This document shows, in pieces, positions 25,926 through 37,810 of a stretch of 64,000 nt of DNA (position 1 is its first letter; each line of letters begins with the position of its first letter). Origin of the DNA: Vicugna vicugna (taxonomy: Eukaryota); NCBI GenBank assembly GCA_013265495.1, contig MU060486.1, positions 434,001 through 498,000 of the forward strand, written 5' to 3'. Under the pieces are notes generated by a model that worked only from the letters and a program-made list of their open reading frames with translations, ran no database searches and was not told where the DNA came from. A program made the translations under genes and the position numbers.

Positions 25926-25944
25926 CTGGCGCCACCTGCTGGTG
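25926..25944 (-). promoter_or_regulatory. CTCF motif
   Basis: Minus strand CACCAGCAGGTGGCGCCAG fits the CCASYAGRKGGCRS core. Confidence 0.55.
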
Positions 25945-27589
25945 GCCGTGACCCAGCATCTGTAACAGGTCGGGTTGGGGAGCTGGGCCCCTGGACACAT
26001 GAACTGGGGGAAGCCTGGGCCTGCCTGGACGCCGGGCTCAGGGTGAGCCTGGGCAAGGCGGGTTTCACTGGCCAAAGCTCCCTGGGGCCTGACTTGGGGA
26101 AGAAGAGAGGGCGGTTCTAGGGCCACCACGCTGGGCGTCCTGTGATGGGAAGGCAGGAGCTCCTCGCGCCTGGGGACCACGGGTCTGGTGTGAGCCTCGA
26201 GGGGCAGGGACTGTGGCACCCACCTGCCCACGGGGCAGCTCAGGAGGACGTGGCCCCTGCGGATGTGGGTCCGACACGTGTGTGGTCGTCAGAAGCCATC
26301 CTGCCTCGTGAACATGCCCCGGCGTCCCCCGCGTCACGTGTGTGATTTTGCATGTGAGTGGTGTGTGCACTGTGTGTGTGTTTGTGGAGAGATGCGGGTT
26401 CCAGCCGTACGCACACGCCCTGTGATAAAGCGGTCTTCCCCTGCCGAAGCCCTCACCCGAGGCAGGGCCTGAGCCTGGGGCCACCCCAACGTTCCCCCCG
26501 GGAACTCCTGACCCACCCTCTGTACATGCTACCTAATTTTCAGTTCTCCTAACTTTCCCCTTCTCTCCCTTGGTGCCCTCTCCAACACCCACTCCACAGG
26601 GGGCGCTCGGGCTCCAATTCCGCGTGCAGAGGCCTCCCAGCCCATCAGCTCAGGGATCTGACGGCAGCAGAACCAGCCATGGACCCCCTTCCTGCCTGCC
26701 GAGGGCAGACAGCCTGCTGCTGCTGAGAGCAAACCACTGCTCCCTGCCCCCTCCACCCTCCAACCCCGCAGTGCTCTGCAGGGCGCACGCCTCAAAGAGC
26801 CTCCACAAAGGACAGCAGCCCAGGGCAGAGAAACAGAGAAGGGCCCTTTCTCCCCACAGCAAATGCTCCTTTCAAACAGCCCCCAGCCCTGGAGTGGCGC
26901 ACAGACTTCGTGCCCCTCGTTAACCTTGGGAAGCGGCCAGGGGGGCAGCCGTCAAGGCAGCCTGTCCCTCCGGCCCCCCACCGCACATTCCTTCTATGGG
27001 CGCATTGTCCTGTGTCCCCCACGAGACCCTCTCAGTGCCCCACTGGCCTCCTCCCACTTCTGCCCTGGGCTTCCTTGGCACGTGACCCACCCCCCACCGC
27101 CCCGCCAAGGCCATGGGCTTTTCCTAGTGGGTTTCCTAGAAAGGGAGTGGGGAGGGAGCTTAGCTTCTAGGCCCTCAGCAGTCGACGCTCTGGGCGAACT
27201 CTCCTTCCCCACACAGCACCTATCACTGCTTCTCTCTCCCACCCAGCTCCCGGGGACACACGCCTCTCACGCACACAGCAGAACCTCCCGTGTAGCGGGG
27301 CCTTCCCGGGTTGGGCAGTCCTGTCTCCTGTGCAGACAAATCTTCACCAGCTCACATTTTTTCCTAGTTTCTAACCAGCTCCAAACAGACATCGGGCTGC
27401 AGGCAAGGTTAGAGGTCCAGCACCACCTTCTAATTTTAACCAGAGCAGCTGCAGCTCAGCTCTCCGCACTGGGCTCCGGGTACACCTTCTGTGCGCGGTG
27501 CCTCGCCAGCACCCGCCACGGACTGGCCACTGTGCCGGCCCCTCGGCTCTCTCTGCTCTTCTGGACAACCCTGTCGGCTGTTAACTGTC

Positions 27590-27690
27590 CTGCGATGGCA
27601 AGGACGTGCCTGCATTGTTCGTCCTGCCCCCAGTGCAGTGCCTGGTTCACAACAGGTGCTCAGCACACATTCGAGGATGCCAACTGCTGA
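27590..27690 (+). mobile_element. L2 3' end fragment
   Basis: ggcaaggacgtgcctgcattgttc...cagtgcctggttcacaacaggtgctcag resembles gggcagggactttgtc...cagtgcctggcacatagtaggtgctcaa. Confidence 0.55.
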
Positions 27691-30139
27691 TTAAACAGGT
27701 GGATGTTTACAGAACACCCAGTGAAGCTTAGGGACACCGCACAACTTTCTTAAGGGTGCCCTGTCGGTGAGACGGGGCAGGCAGGGGTGGGACTCAGGCC
27801 TCCCTACTGCGAGTCCAGCAAGTGCTTCTTTACATCATATTTACCTTGTGTCCAAGCACCATGGAAACTTGTTGCTGTGGTACCCTCTGGCATGGATGCT
27901 TTTTCCAAGAATAAATCGGGTTCTGTCTCCAGGCTCCCCATACCACTCATAGCCAACAAGAGGAGAATCAGGAAGGGGAGGAGGGAGCAGTGGGGGTGAG
28001 GTCACGGCTCCTGTCTGGTCCCCAGCCCTCGACCGGCTTCCTGCACCTGGTGGAGCGATGCTCGTGCCAAGGCTGTGGGGAAGGGCGGGGGCGTGGGATA
28101 AGGATGCTCCGGGCATCTCCTCGAGCTCCCACACAAGGCCCTTTTGTGTAGGGGCCGAGAGGGAGGCCTGGGCGTCGGCCGTGTGCCAGAAACAGACCCG
28201 CTCAGGCCCTCCAGCTGTGGCTCCTCGCCCGCCCCGCCGGCCCCTGCCCGTCCAGCTGTGGGTCCAAAGCAGAAGCACAGCCTCCCCGCTCCCCCTCCCC
28301 TTAGCCCCTGGGTTTTCTCCAAGCCCAGAGGGGCCTTCCTCTCTGTCCTGTTCTCACCTCTGCCCTCCTCCCCTCCCTGACGAGCCCCAGGTGCACACTG
28401 TCACTCCTACCTGCCTGCTCCTCCTCCTTGCCTTCCCGGGGAGACCCCATCCCCCAGTGCGGCCCCCGCTGTCCCTGGGTCACGGACATGCCCGCTGTCA
28501 CCTCGTCACCCCCACTGAACACCCACCGCCCGGCAGGCGCGGGGTCCGGATGGCAGGGAGCGAGGCAGCCCAGCACCGCCTGTCCCACAGGGCCTGTCTG
28601 TCGCTGGTCAAGCCCACTCCTCACTCCCACCACTCGGCTTCTGCAGGCTCGAGCCTGGGCCACGGCCTCTCCCAGGCCCCCCGTCGACAGGGTTTGCCAA
28701 GTGTCCCTCAAGTGCTCGGCCTGATCCTCCCACTGGACGCTAAGCTCTGGGGACAGCTGGTGGCCCGTCCCTCTTCTGCCCTCCTCCTCAAAGGTGCTCA
28801 GCGGCTGCTTGTTACTGGAGAAGCCTTCTTCCGGGGCCTCCTGAGCTCAGGTCCTTGACTCTCTGTTTTCTCCTCTCCAGACGGACTTGTTCTCAGGCTG
28901 GTTCCCCATAACTGCCTCGTCCTCTGCCCACATCAGCCTTTCGCCGATGTCAGTGGAAGCCATGACTCCGCGTGGCTCTGCGGAAGCATCTACGCGGTAC
29001 TGGAATGCCTGGTTATCAGCAGTCTCTGGGGCGAGCCAGGTCCAGTTCCCTCCTGCACGACCCAGGAGGGGCACAGAACCCGGCTGCTGCGTGAGGCCGC
29101 CGGAGAGTCTGAGGCAGAGGCCTGGCTGTGAAAACCTTCAGATTCCTCCCCTGCAGACCTTCATTCCACTGCTGCCCACTGTCCTGTCTATAGGTGGACA
29201 GAGTATGACCCAGACCCCCACCTTGCTAGGTGGGCTCAGCAGGGCCTGGCTCCTGGCTGTCCTGAAAGCCGAGTGTGCGAGTGGGACTGCAGCTGTCCCT
29301 CTGCTCTGGTGCCTCGTTACTGGACCTCAGGCCCTGGGCAGGCAGGGCCGACGCAGGGGGGGGTCAGTCCTAGGGGTCCCGTGAGTCACATTTCCTTGTG
29401 AGGGATGAGGGGTTTCTGAGGAGGGGAGGCTGTGTGTTCCTGCAGGCACTTCACAGGGACGGCTGTCATCCGGGCTCCTGAGCGCTGCAGGGTGGATCTG
29501 ATGCAAAGCAGGGACCTCTTTTCTGTGTTCTTGGACTAAGCCACAAAACCACGGAACGTGTCTTGTTTGAGATTGTTCAGAGCTGGCTGGGAAAGCCAAG
29601 AAGAAGGAGGGGGGTTGGTAAGGCTGGGGGCTGGCATCTGGTTTTCAGACAAAATCATCCTACATCGTGGGCCCACGGTCTCTTGGGCAAGATTGTGTTC
29701 CCTTTCCAGCCAGACAAGAAATGAATACAGTTTGGTTAAAATTCCAAGAACTGGCTTATCAATTGATTTCTATGAAAGATGCCTCAACATGTCTTTAAGA
29801 ACTCTGATGTAAGGCTCAGCACGAGAGGATTCTGCTCTGCAGACACATGGCCCGGCTGTGGGCGACGGTCACCATCCACCCTGCACGCGTGGGCTGGCCG
29901 TGCGCTGTGCAGCAGTGTCGTGCTTGGAGATGGTAGGGTCCTGGCGGACCCTCTCCCAGGCTTGCGGAGTCATCTGGAGGCGCTGTCGTAAAATCACCCT
30001 CCATCTCCAGGCCAGGTACCACCACCGTGTAACCAAGACAGCCTGTGGGGGAAACCGTGACCGAGTAGGGGAACACTGGATGTGCTGGGAAATTTGAATC
30101 ATAACAAGGTTTGAGTTTTCATAAGAGAAGTCTTCAGCA

Positions 30140-30207
30140 TGTATGACTGAAGCACCGAAGGCCGACACAACATTGTAAACTGCCTGCACGTCAATAAAAA
30201 AATTACA
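30140..30207 (+). mobile_element. L1 extreme 3' end fragment
   Basis: tgtatgactgaagc...acacaacattgtaaactgcctgcacgtcaataaaaaaa: L1 3' terminus with AATAAA and a short A tail. Confidence 0.5.
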
Positions 30208-30703
30208 TATACAAAAACAAGTCTCCAGGGATTTATTTTTGGGCAAAGTGCACTGTTACAATGGCTCTTCAGGCCCAGAAGACATCTGACCGGGACGGCA
30301 AGGTGCCTGCGAAGCTCTGTGAGCATTTTGAGCTGAGATGGAACATTCTCCCGATAAGAAGATTTAGAATCCTGCACGGCTTTCCTTCACTTCTCCTGCA
30401 TGAGATTTTAAGATGAGATATTTATACTTTGGAAATCCAATTTCCTTTGTTTATTTTCTTCTCTCTTCCCAAGTTCCTTTAAAACATGCTGACTGGTCTC
30501 TGGCACAACGAGAGAAAAGAGGGTGAAAGGATTTGCTTCACAAACGGGCTAGGCGTGTAACGTGTGCGCCCACATCCCTGGGTGCCTGGGACCAGGGGCG
30601 GCAGCCGCGTGCCTAGGACCCAGATGCCATCGGGCTACAAGCCCTGTCTTTCCGGGGCTCTCCTCTAGAGTTCACTTTCTGCCTAGAGTTTGGAGACTGT
30701 TTT

Positions 30704-31182
30704 CGTGGTACATCGTGTCATCCCACAATGGCTGCAACATCGCCTCCCGTCCTCCAAGCGGACACGGCTCCCGCTGAGAGGTGGGGGTCTCTGTTCTCTG
30801 CCTTGGAATCTGGGCAGCGCTCTGGCTCTGGTGGAAGTGCTGCTACGTGCCTACCGGGGCTCGGACACAAAGGGGGACATGCCTTCCTCCACGTTCTGTG
30901 GCGATGCTCTTGGAACCCCGCCACCATGCTGGGAGGAAGCCCGAGCCTCCTGCGGAGAAGCCACATGGAGAGGAGCTCCGGTTCTCACGGCCAGCGGCGC
31001 TTGCTGGCCGTGTGAGTGAGCCATCCCGAAGGCACAGTGCCCACCCCCAGCTGGCCAGATGTCACATGAATTAGACACGCTCTGTCCCCACCAGCCCCGG
31101 CCCAGGTCACAGATCTGTGAGCAGGTAAATGACTGTTTAAGTCACCCTGTTCTGGGTTGTTTATACGGCAGGATAACGAACA
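30704..31182 (+). mobile_element. MLT1-type (MaLR) LTR, MLT1F-like
   Basis: gaggtggggg...ccttggaatctgggc...ctcttggaaccccgccaccatgctgggaggaagccc...gtgagtgagccatc...tgtttaagtcac...gggttgtttatacggcaggataacgaaca. Confidence 0.75.
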
Positions 31183-33440
31183 AGGCTCCCTAATTACAGA
31201 AACACTGAACCCCCTCTTTGGTGCCCATGCGGGTAGGCTGCTTCGACCTGGAGCTGCTCTCTTCCTCATAAGCAGCTGTTCCGACGACTGTCCCAGCCTG
31301 GATTCTACAAAGAGGTCTGGACCTCCGGGGAAGGTGGAAGTGGCAGAGCGTGAACTACTGGCTCTGAGTCCCGCCTCTCAGTGGGTATGAGGCAGGCGTA
31401 AGTCTCTGTCTCCTCTCCTCCTCGACTCGAAGGCTCTGCCAGCCCTGGTCCTCCAGGGGTCCAGGGTGGGTGGCTAGATGTGCTTTTACATGGAGTGACC
31501 GGCAAGACTAGGATTCTGGATTTTCAAAAAGCAAGAGGGATGACACATACACCCTTGCTGACGCATACACCTGCACTTACTAGAGCCGGTGACGACCAGT
31601 CAGGTACCCTGGGAGCGGCTCCCGGGATGGGCTCCCCTTCTTCCCCCTCTGGGACAGGTGAGGTCCATGCCTGTTTTGGAGATGTCACTGGATGTGTCCA
31701 TGACCGGAAGGGGCTGCCATCCTTCCTGGGTCCAGAGGTGGCCATATGCCAAGAGGGGAAGACTTAACGGGTCTCGTTCCTCACGATGACCCAATACCGT
31801 ATGTCTCCTTTCAGCTGCTGTGAAACCAAACTGAGACGTGTCTGATGGTGTTACTGCTTTTCCCTTCGTATCTCCAGTTTTTTTCCTTTCCACTGCATTT
31901 CCCATAGACTTTTCTGGAAGAAATGAGTCTCCTTTTTAGATCACTCTTTTGAACCCCTTCCGAACCCAACTCATGCTCTTAAGCTCTTTGTGTGTTTTTT
32001 TTCCTTCTAACCTGGCAGTGTTAACTCTCCCCGGCAGAAACCACCACACCAACCACTGCCCCAAGTGGGACAGCACAGGGGCCAGCATTACGGCCCTGGC
32101 AGTGGGAGCGGCCCCCTTCCTGGTCCTGAAGGCCTCCAGAGGAGCATTCCTCCTGCACAGGTGCTCCCCTCCTCTGCCGTGTTTACACCTAACAAGGGCT
32201 CCAGACGGGGGCATCAAGCATTTTCCTTCAGGCCGGTTAGCTGCTAGGAGGTTTTGGAAGGAGAACCTCGTGATGGCCAGTTCTGCAAGGGTCCCAGAAA
32301 GGCTGAGCACCCCAGGACCCCCGGAAAGTATGCAAATGTGTGCGCGTCTATGTTGAGGGTGGAGCTGTTGTTCTGGGACATACTAGTGGGGACCAGCCCA
32401 CCAATGGGGGCCTGGAGCTTCCAACTCACTTCACATCCCCAAGAGAGGCATCCTGGCAGAGTGAGAGACCTTGAAGTGATGGCTCAGGGCGAGATGCTCC
32501 TGCACCCTGAGTTATGCCTGGTCACCGGAGTGGATGGGAGGGGCACGAGGTCATTTAAGCGTTCCTGTCCTCCAGATTACACCCAGAGGCTAAAACTCTA
32601 CCAGTGCATTTGCTGCTCTGTCTGTGGGGCGCAGGGGATCCCAGCTTTCCATCCCCTAGTTGGCGTGTTCGTGGGTTCGTGTTTCAGGGAAGGCTGTTCC
32701 TCCCTGGTTCAGGCCACTCTTGATGCATGGGGTGTGTGTGTGTGTTTTCTCAGAAGCAAGTCTCCTTCTTTTCTTTCTTTTTTGGGGGTGGGGGTGGGGA
32801 GATTCCTGTCCCAGAGCCAGTGCTTTGTGCCCAGTGTATGTTTCTGGAGGGTGAAATTCCTGAGTCCCCTCTGCTGCCCTCTGTCCTCCCGCCTTGGCCA
32901 ACAGCCCATGGGAGGGAGCTGTGCCATGGTCACTACCGCTCTCACTCCTTGAAAGAACAAACATCTTCACTGCAGCCTCAGAACGCTGGTGTGAGGTGAC
33001 TGTAGTAGATGTTTCCATGACATTCGTTTATTTCTTCTGCAGCTACAACTGCACTGGGGGAAGGGATGAGGAGAGGCTAGACTGGAGGGGCTGGGAATTC
33101 CAAGACCTTCCCAGTTCCTCCTCGTCTTCTTCCGCAGCAATAAGAAGCCCACCTTCCTCTTCCCCTGGGTAGCTCCACCCCAGACCCCTACACTGCTTGC
33201 TCCCCAAATCCATCCTGCTTTTGAGCTGCAGAGGTGGGGCCCGGCTCCGAGGCAGGCAGGGAGGGGTGAAGGTGGGGGGAGGAAACTTGTGCTTGAGGAG
33301 GCGGCCTTTTTAGGAGAAGAAAAAACACTTTCACTGCTCAAAGTTGAGATTTAGTGCCGATGAGCGATCGTGACCCGCACTGGGGGTGGCAGTGCGCACA
33401 CGTGTGCTCCCGAGGGGGTCTGTGACACTCCCTGCAGCTG

Positions 33441-33453
33441 AGCCAATGACTCA
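33441..33453 (+). promoter_or_regulatory. Overlapping CCAAT and AP-1 motif
   Basis: AGCCAATGACTCA: CCAAT at 33443-33447 and TGACTCA at 33447-33453, ~850 bp upstream of the ATG. Confidence 0.35.
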
Positions 33454-34168
33454 CCCCAAATCTTAGCGACTTTTAGAGGTCATTTTAGTCATCCCCCTGC
33501 CTTCGGGCTGGATGGAGCTTAACTTAAGCTCACGTTTGGGTGGAAGGGGGTGCGTTGGGGGGGGCAGTGGCCGCGTGTGGAAGAGGGGCGGGGTGGAGGC
33601 AGCGCTTGACCTCTTTGAAAAGATCTCCAGCGAAGGACGTTCCCAGCTTCCCCAGGCTGCCGTTCCCGGGTTTCCCCATCCCTGAATCAGCACTGGTCTC
33701 CCGGGACGGCTTTTTGCCGGATGAAACCGGATGCCGGGTTCTAGAGGTGGGCGGGGCCGTCGTCCCCTCAGGCCCGCAGGGTAGCCGAGACCCTGGGGTC
33801 CCGCTAGCCAGCCCGGCGGCCACACTCCCTCCCCCAGAACTTGCCATGCAGCGGGAGCAGGGAGCCGCGCGCAGCGGAGACGCGGCAGCGCCTTCTCCCC
33901 GGCAATGCGCATGACTCTGCGGCTCTGGGCTCGCCACACGTCAACGCACCTTGAATGGGCTCGCCCCCCTCGCCGCGACGGGCAGGCGTCCCGGCCAATC
34001 GGCCCCCGGGCTCTCGGGCCGCGCCCAATGGGCGGGCGGCGGGGGCGGGCCCGGGGCGGTGCGGCCGGGCTTCTCCGCGGCGCTGGCTGCGCTCCGCCCG
34101 GGCTCCAGTGCAGGTGCCGCTGCGCCGGGCGGGAGGCTGTGCGCCGAGCCGAGCGGAGCCGCGGAGGG

Positions 34169-34243
34169 ATGGGGAGCGGGCCGCCCGGACTGCAGGAGCC
34201 GCAGGAGCCGCAGGAGCCGCGGAAGCACCGGCGCGGGGCGTAG
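34169..34243 (+). other. Upstream ORF 1 (24 aa, MGSGPPGLQEPQEPQEPRKHRRGA)
   Basis: ATG in strong Kozak context (gggATGg); TAG at 34241-34243; contains (GCAGGAGCC)x3. Depends on the TSS lying upstream of 34169. Confidence 0.55.
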
Positions 34244-34268
34244 GCGGCGCGGGGCACTTTGCGATAGG

Positions 34269-34295
34269 ATGAGGCTCCTGGCTGGCGCGCGGTAG
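34269..34295 (+). other. Upstream ORF 2 (MRLLAGAR)
   Basis: aggATGa at 34269; TAG at 34293-34295, ending 4 nt before the main ATG. Confidence 0.6.
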
Positions 34296-34299
34296 TACT

Positions 34300-34363
34300 A
34301 TGATTTGGTATGTGGCCACTTTGATAGCAAGTGTGATCAGCGCCCGAGGTCTTGCGGCTCAAG
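34300..34363 (+). CDS. IGSF9B: IGSF9B coding exon 1 (signal peptide)
   Basis: ATG at 34300 reads MIWYVATLIASVISARGLAAQ(G), matching the IGSF9B N-terminus as recalled (human MIWYVATFIASVIGTRGLAAEG). Donor AAG|GTGAGT at 34363/34364; 64 nt, phase 1. Confidence 0.97.
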
Positions 34364-36099
34364 GTGAGTTGAAGTGCAGCGTCCCTCCCCTGCGCCTCCC
34401 GGCGCTCCCGGCTCCGTCCTCCCGCCGAGCCCGCGCCTTCCCGGCTGCGCGCTGCGGACGTCGCGGGGAGGGCGGGGGCCGCGGTCGCAGCCGGCTGGGA
34501 GGGCCTGAGCCCGGGTTGCCGGCGCTCTGGAAAGGACGCCTCGGGATCCGGGCCACTTCGCCCACCTTCGGCCCCGGGGCTTGGCGCAGGGTGCCGCGCC
34601 CGGAGCCCTTCGCGGGCGCAGCTGCCGCCTCCTGCGCTGGGGAGGCGGCGGCTTTCGTAACTCTGCCGCCGGGGAGTTTGCGGGTCTTCGGGCGGCTGTA
34701 GCACGCTGGAGCCCCGCGGAGCGCCACCGCTCCGCAGGCGAGTCCGTGCGAGGCTCGGCAACCGCGGCTCGCGGTCGGGGCTTCCGGCTCCAGCTCGCGT
34801 CCCCCTGGACCACACATCTTGGCAGCTGGAGGTCGGATCCCCCTCGCAGGGCGGCGGCGCGCGCGAGAAGAGCTGGTTCAGCGCGGGGTCCCTCGGCCCG
34901 CCCTGCCCGCGCCAGTCTCCGCCGCACCTGAGCCCGGCCGGCAAAACTTCCTCGGGAGCGTGCCGCAGCCGCGCCGGCCCCACTTGCCCTCGGGCCACGC
35001 GGCATAGCTGGCCCGGGGCGAGGGCGGAGGAGAGGCTCCCCCTTGCCGCGTCTCGGGCCCGAAGGAGGTGTTGCTCTTTCCATTCTCTCGGTCTGAGCTG
35101 GGAAAGAGGCAAGAGGGAAACCAGCGAGTTGGGTGATGCGCGCGTGAGCGCGCGGGCTTTTGCTTTGGAGACGGCACGGCGACCTGCACGCCTCTGTGTG
35201 GCACCCTGGCTCGGCCCTTGTATGGAAGTAGGAGCGGAGCCTGGAGGTGCCAGGACCCTGAGCTCACGGTTCTCAGCGCGCAGACACGGCTCAGCTGCGG
35301 CAGGTTCACGAGGCCGCGAGGGATGGCTTCCGGGGAGAACCGCTCGTGGTGGACGTCAGCAGGGAGGACCCGCAGGGAGAGAACCCGCTCCCAGCGGCGC
35401 TGGCTCAGAAGGGTCCTCGCCTCACCTTGTCTGGGGCTGTGTAGGGGGAGAGGAAGTGATTTTGGAAAGTTTCTGGAATGGAATAGTCTCCCTGCCATCT
35501 GAGGGTCGTGAAAACAGAACCAGAGGAAGGTGAAGGGAAGGGTGATTTTGTTAAATGGTACGTGACCTGGGTGGTTTAAAAACTCTCCATCAGATGGAGA
35601 AACTGAGATCAGAGTGGCCACAGAAGCTGGGGGAGTGGGGGTGGGTGTGCACTGGGCTGAGTTGTGCTGGAGAATCTGCCTCCAGCCGCAGCCTCCCCCT
35701 TCCTCTGTTCCCTTGTAGTCTTCCAATGCCTTCATCTTCCTCCCCTCCAGTTTTTGGTATGTTCCTGCTATGGGACTGTCTCTGGAAGCACAAAGGGATG
35801 TGCTGGGATCTTTGAATAAAGAAGAGACACTGAAGGGAGGCTCTGAAGTGGCCCCCAGACCTGAGAAGTCAGGGTGAGGCGAATTGTCTTTCTGCAAGTT
35901 TTAAGAGCAGAATAAAGGAAATGGGTGTATGTTACAGCAGCTCACGAAAGGTCCAGGCAGAGGAAGGACTTCCCAGCATCGAAGGGAATGCCTTCTTTCT
36001 GGGTATGAGGAGCCCTTCTGCCTGGGTGGCTTGCCGTGAACCTCTGCCTGCCACCCCTGTGGGTCTTAGGGGTCTTTGTAGCCCGAAGGGGCTCTGTGT

Positions 36100-36262
36100 G
36101 TGGTGGTGAAGGACCTGAGTCCAGTCACATGACTGGACTCAGGTCCTGGCTCTGCCACTTGCTGGCCTGTGACCTTGGACATGCTGTTTAGCCTCTCGGA
36201 TTGTCACTTGCCTCATTGGGGGTTAATAGCTTGTAGGGTTTTTTGTGAGTATTAGTGCTGTA
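36100..36262 (+). mobile_element. MIR SINE (intron 1)
   Basis: tcctggctctgccacttgctggcctgtgaccttggaca...tagcctctcgga matches the MIR core tcctggctctgccacttactagctgtgtgaccttgggca. Confidence 0.75.
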
Positions 36263-37759
36263 AAGAAAGGGGTTCTGTAGTGAGAGCTCGACAACTGCTA
36301 ACATGATGGTGGTGGTTTCACTGTTTGGGGAGTTCCAGGCCCCTTCCCAGTTTCTTTCCCTTGGGCCGGTCAGGGCACTGGGGGCTGGGAATGCCTTGGG
36401 GGAACGTTCAGATGGTTACCTGTGTGGGGAACCAAGTTTGCTTTCATGAGCTGACCTTGCCCAGGGTGCTGGCTGCTTGGAAATCCTTGGAAAGGTCTGT
36501 GACACCCGAGCGTTGTCAGTGGCTTCCCTTGTGGGAAGGATGCAGGGAACCCAGGAGACTAGCAGCCAAACTGCAGCCTCCGAAGGCGGGGTACAGGCTG
36601 CCTGCTCACAGGAGAAGCGCCAGCCGCGTTCGGACACTGCTGCTTGGAGTGAGAGCTCAGCTGTTTTCCGCCTGGCAGAGGTGACTTCCGGGAGATTCCT
36701 GAGGGGAGGGACTTTGCGATGCCGGAATTGGGGTTTGGCTGAGCAGGGGCTGCTCCAGCAGAGGGATGAAGCGTTGGGACAGAGGGAGAGGTGGGCTTTA
36801 AACACTTGTGTCCGGGGGTGGTAGAGCGGTTGGGAGGGTGTGCGTGCAGGAGAGCCTAGGAGGCAGTGATCCCAGACGTTTGCTGAACAGTCTGGGGAGG
36901 ACCCTGGGCCTCCTGTAGACCACAGATTTTGTACCTGGATTGTCGCAGGCCCCAGTGTCCTCTAATGAAGTAGGGTTCTGACTCCAGTCCTGCTGGTAGC
37001 TGGACCAGTGCCCTCTACTCTCTGCCTGGCCGCGAGCCTCCCTCCTTCCCTTTGGCAGTGATGACGGGAGGGAGGAGGTTTAGGCCTGGAGGTTGCTGGG
37101 GAGACCGCAGGCAGCCTCTCAGCTGAGAAGAACTTGGCCCAGCGGTGGCCAAGGGGCACCTGTGTGTCCCCAACACACCCGCCGGAGGCAGCACACACCC
37201 ACCCGGGAGAGGTGAGGGGGGTGTGTGGGAGAAAGCAGCTTCCAGCGGCTGGCCCCAGGCACAGCGGGTGCTGGGCTGGGAGCTGCCAGGTCCCGAGGCC
37301 CGTGGTTTCACATCTGCGGCTCTGAGACAGGAAGCTGGGGTCTGGTTCCCGAGGAGCCAAGGCTGCCTGGGAGGGAGATACTGCAAGCCTGCAGGGCTCT
37401 GATGCCCTCTGTCCTGGCTCTGAGCCCTGCTGGTCTTCCCTCTGCGCGCCCCTGCCCCCAGTCAGGGCAAGGCTCTGCTCCTCTCCTCCCTCAGATCTAC
37501 CCTCCTCAGGCCTGGGAGGCGCTGCCCTCACAGGCTCGTGGGCTGAGCACTGAGGGGGGACACGGGCTCCAGAGGGAGTCAGGCCTGAGGCCGGTTGCTG
37601 TCTCTTATCCCTGAAGGTCTCCGTCTGCCCTGCACATCCCAGGCTGCACCCAGGGTCTCAGGGAGACCAGCTTGGGTAGAGCAGCTTGTGTGGAGAATGG
37701 GTCTGACTTGTGGAAAGAGCTGTCTCTGGTGCGAGGTGCTGGAGGGGCCAGCACACGCC

Positions 37760-37810
37760 TGTACATGTGTGTGCGTGTGTGCATGCATGTGTTTGCATGT
37801 GCACGTGAAT
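37760..37810. repeat. TG-rich simple repeat
   Basis: gtacatgtgtgtgcgtgtgtgcatgcatgtgtttgcatgtgcacgtg. Confidence 0.7.

Larger units (their letters stand above)
33760..35420. promoter_or_regulatory. CpG island / IGSF9B promoter
   Basis: Very dense CpG/GC sequence around exon 1. GC boxes (GGGCGG) ~34031-34060, CCAAT boxes at 33995 and 34025, CRE-like CACGTCA at 33937-33943. No TATA box seen. Confidence 0.9.

Noticed and set aside
1-33700. A neighbouring gene, processed pseudogene, tRNA/rRNA, miRNA or CRISPR-like array in the upstream region
   Set aside because: No recognisable protein similarity, RNA gene or regularly spaced repeat-spacer structure was seen; unannotated lncRNA exons cannot be excluded from sequence alone.
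33463-35112. 549-aa minus-strand ORF across the promoter
   Set aside because: Lies in the CpG island where stops are rare; Ala/Arg/Gly/Pro-rich with no recognisable domain.
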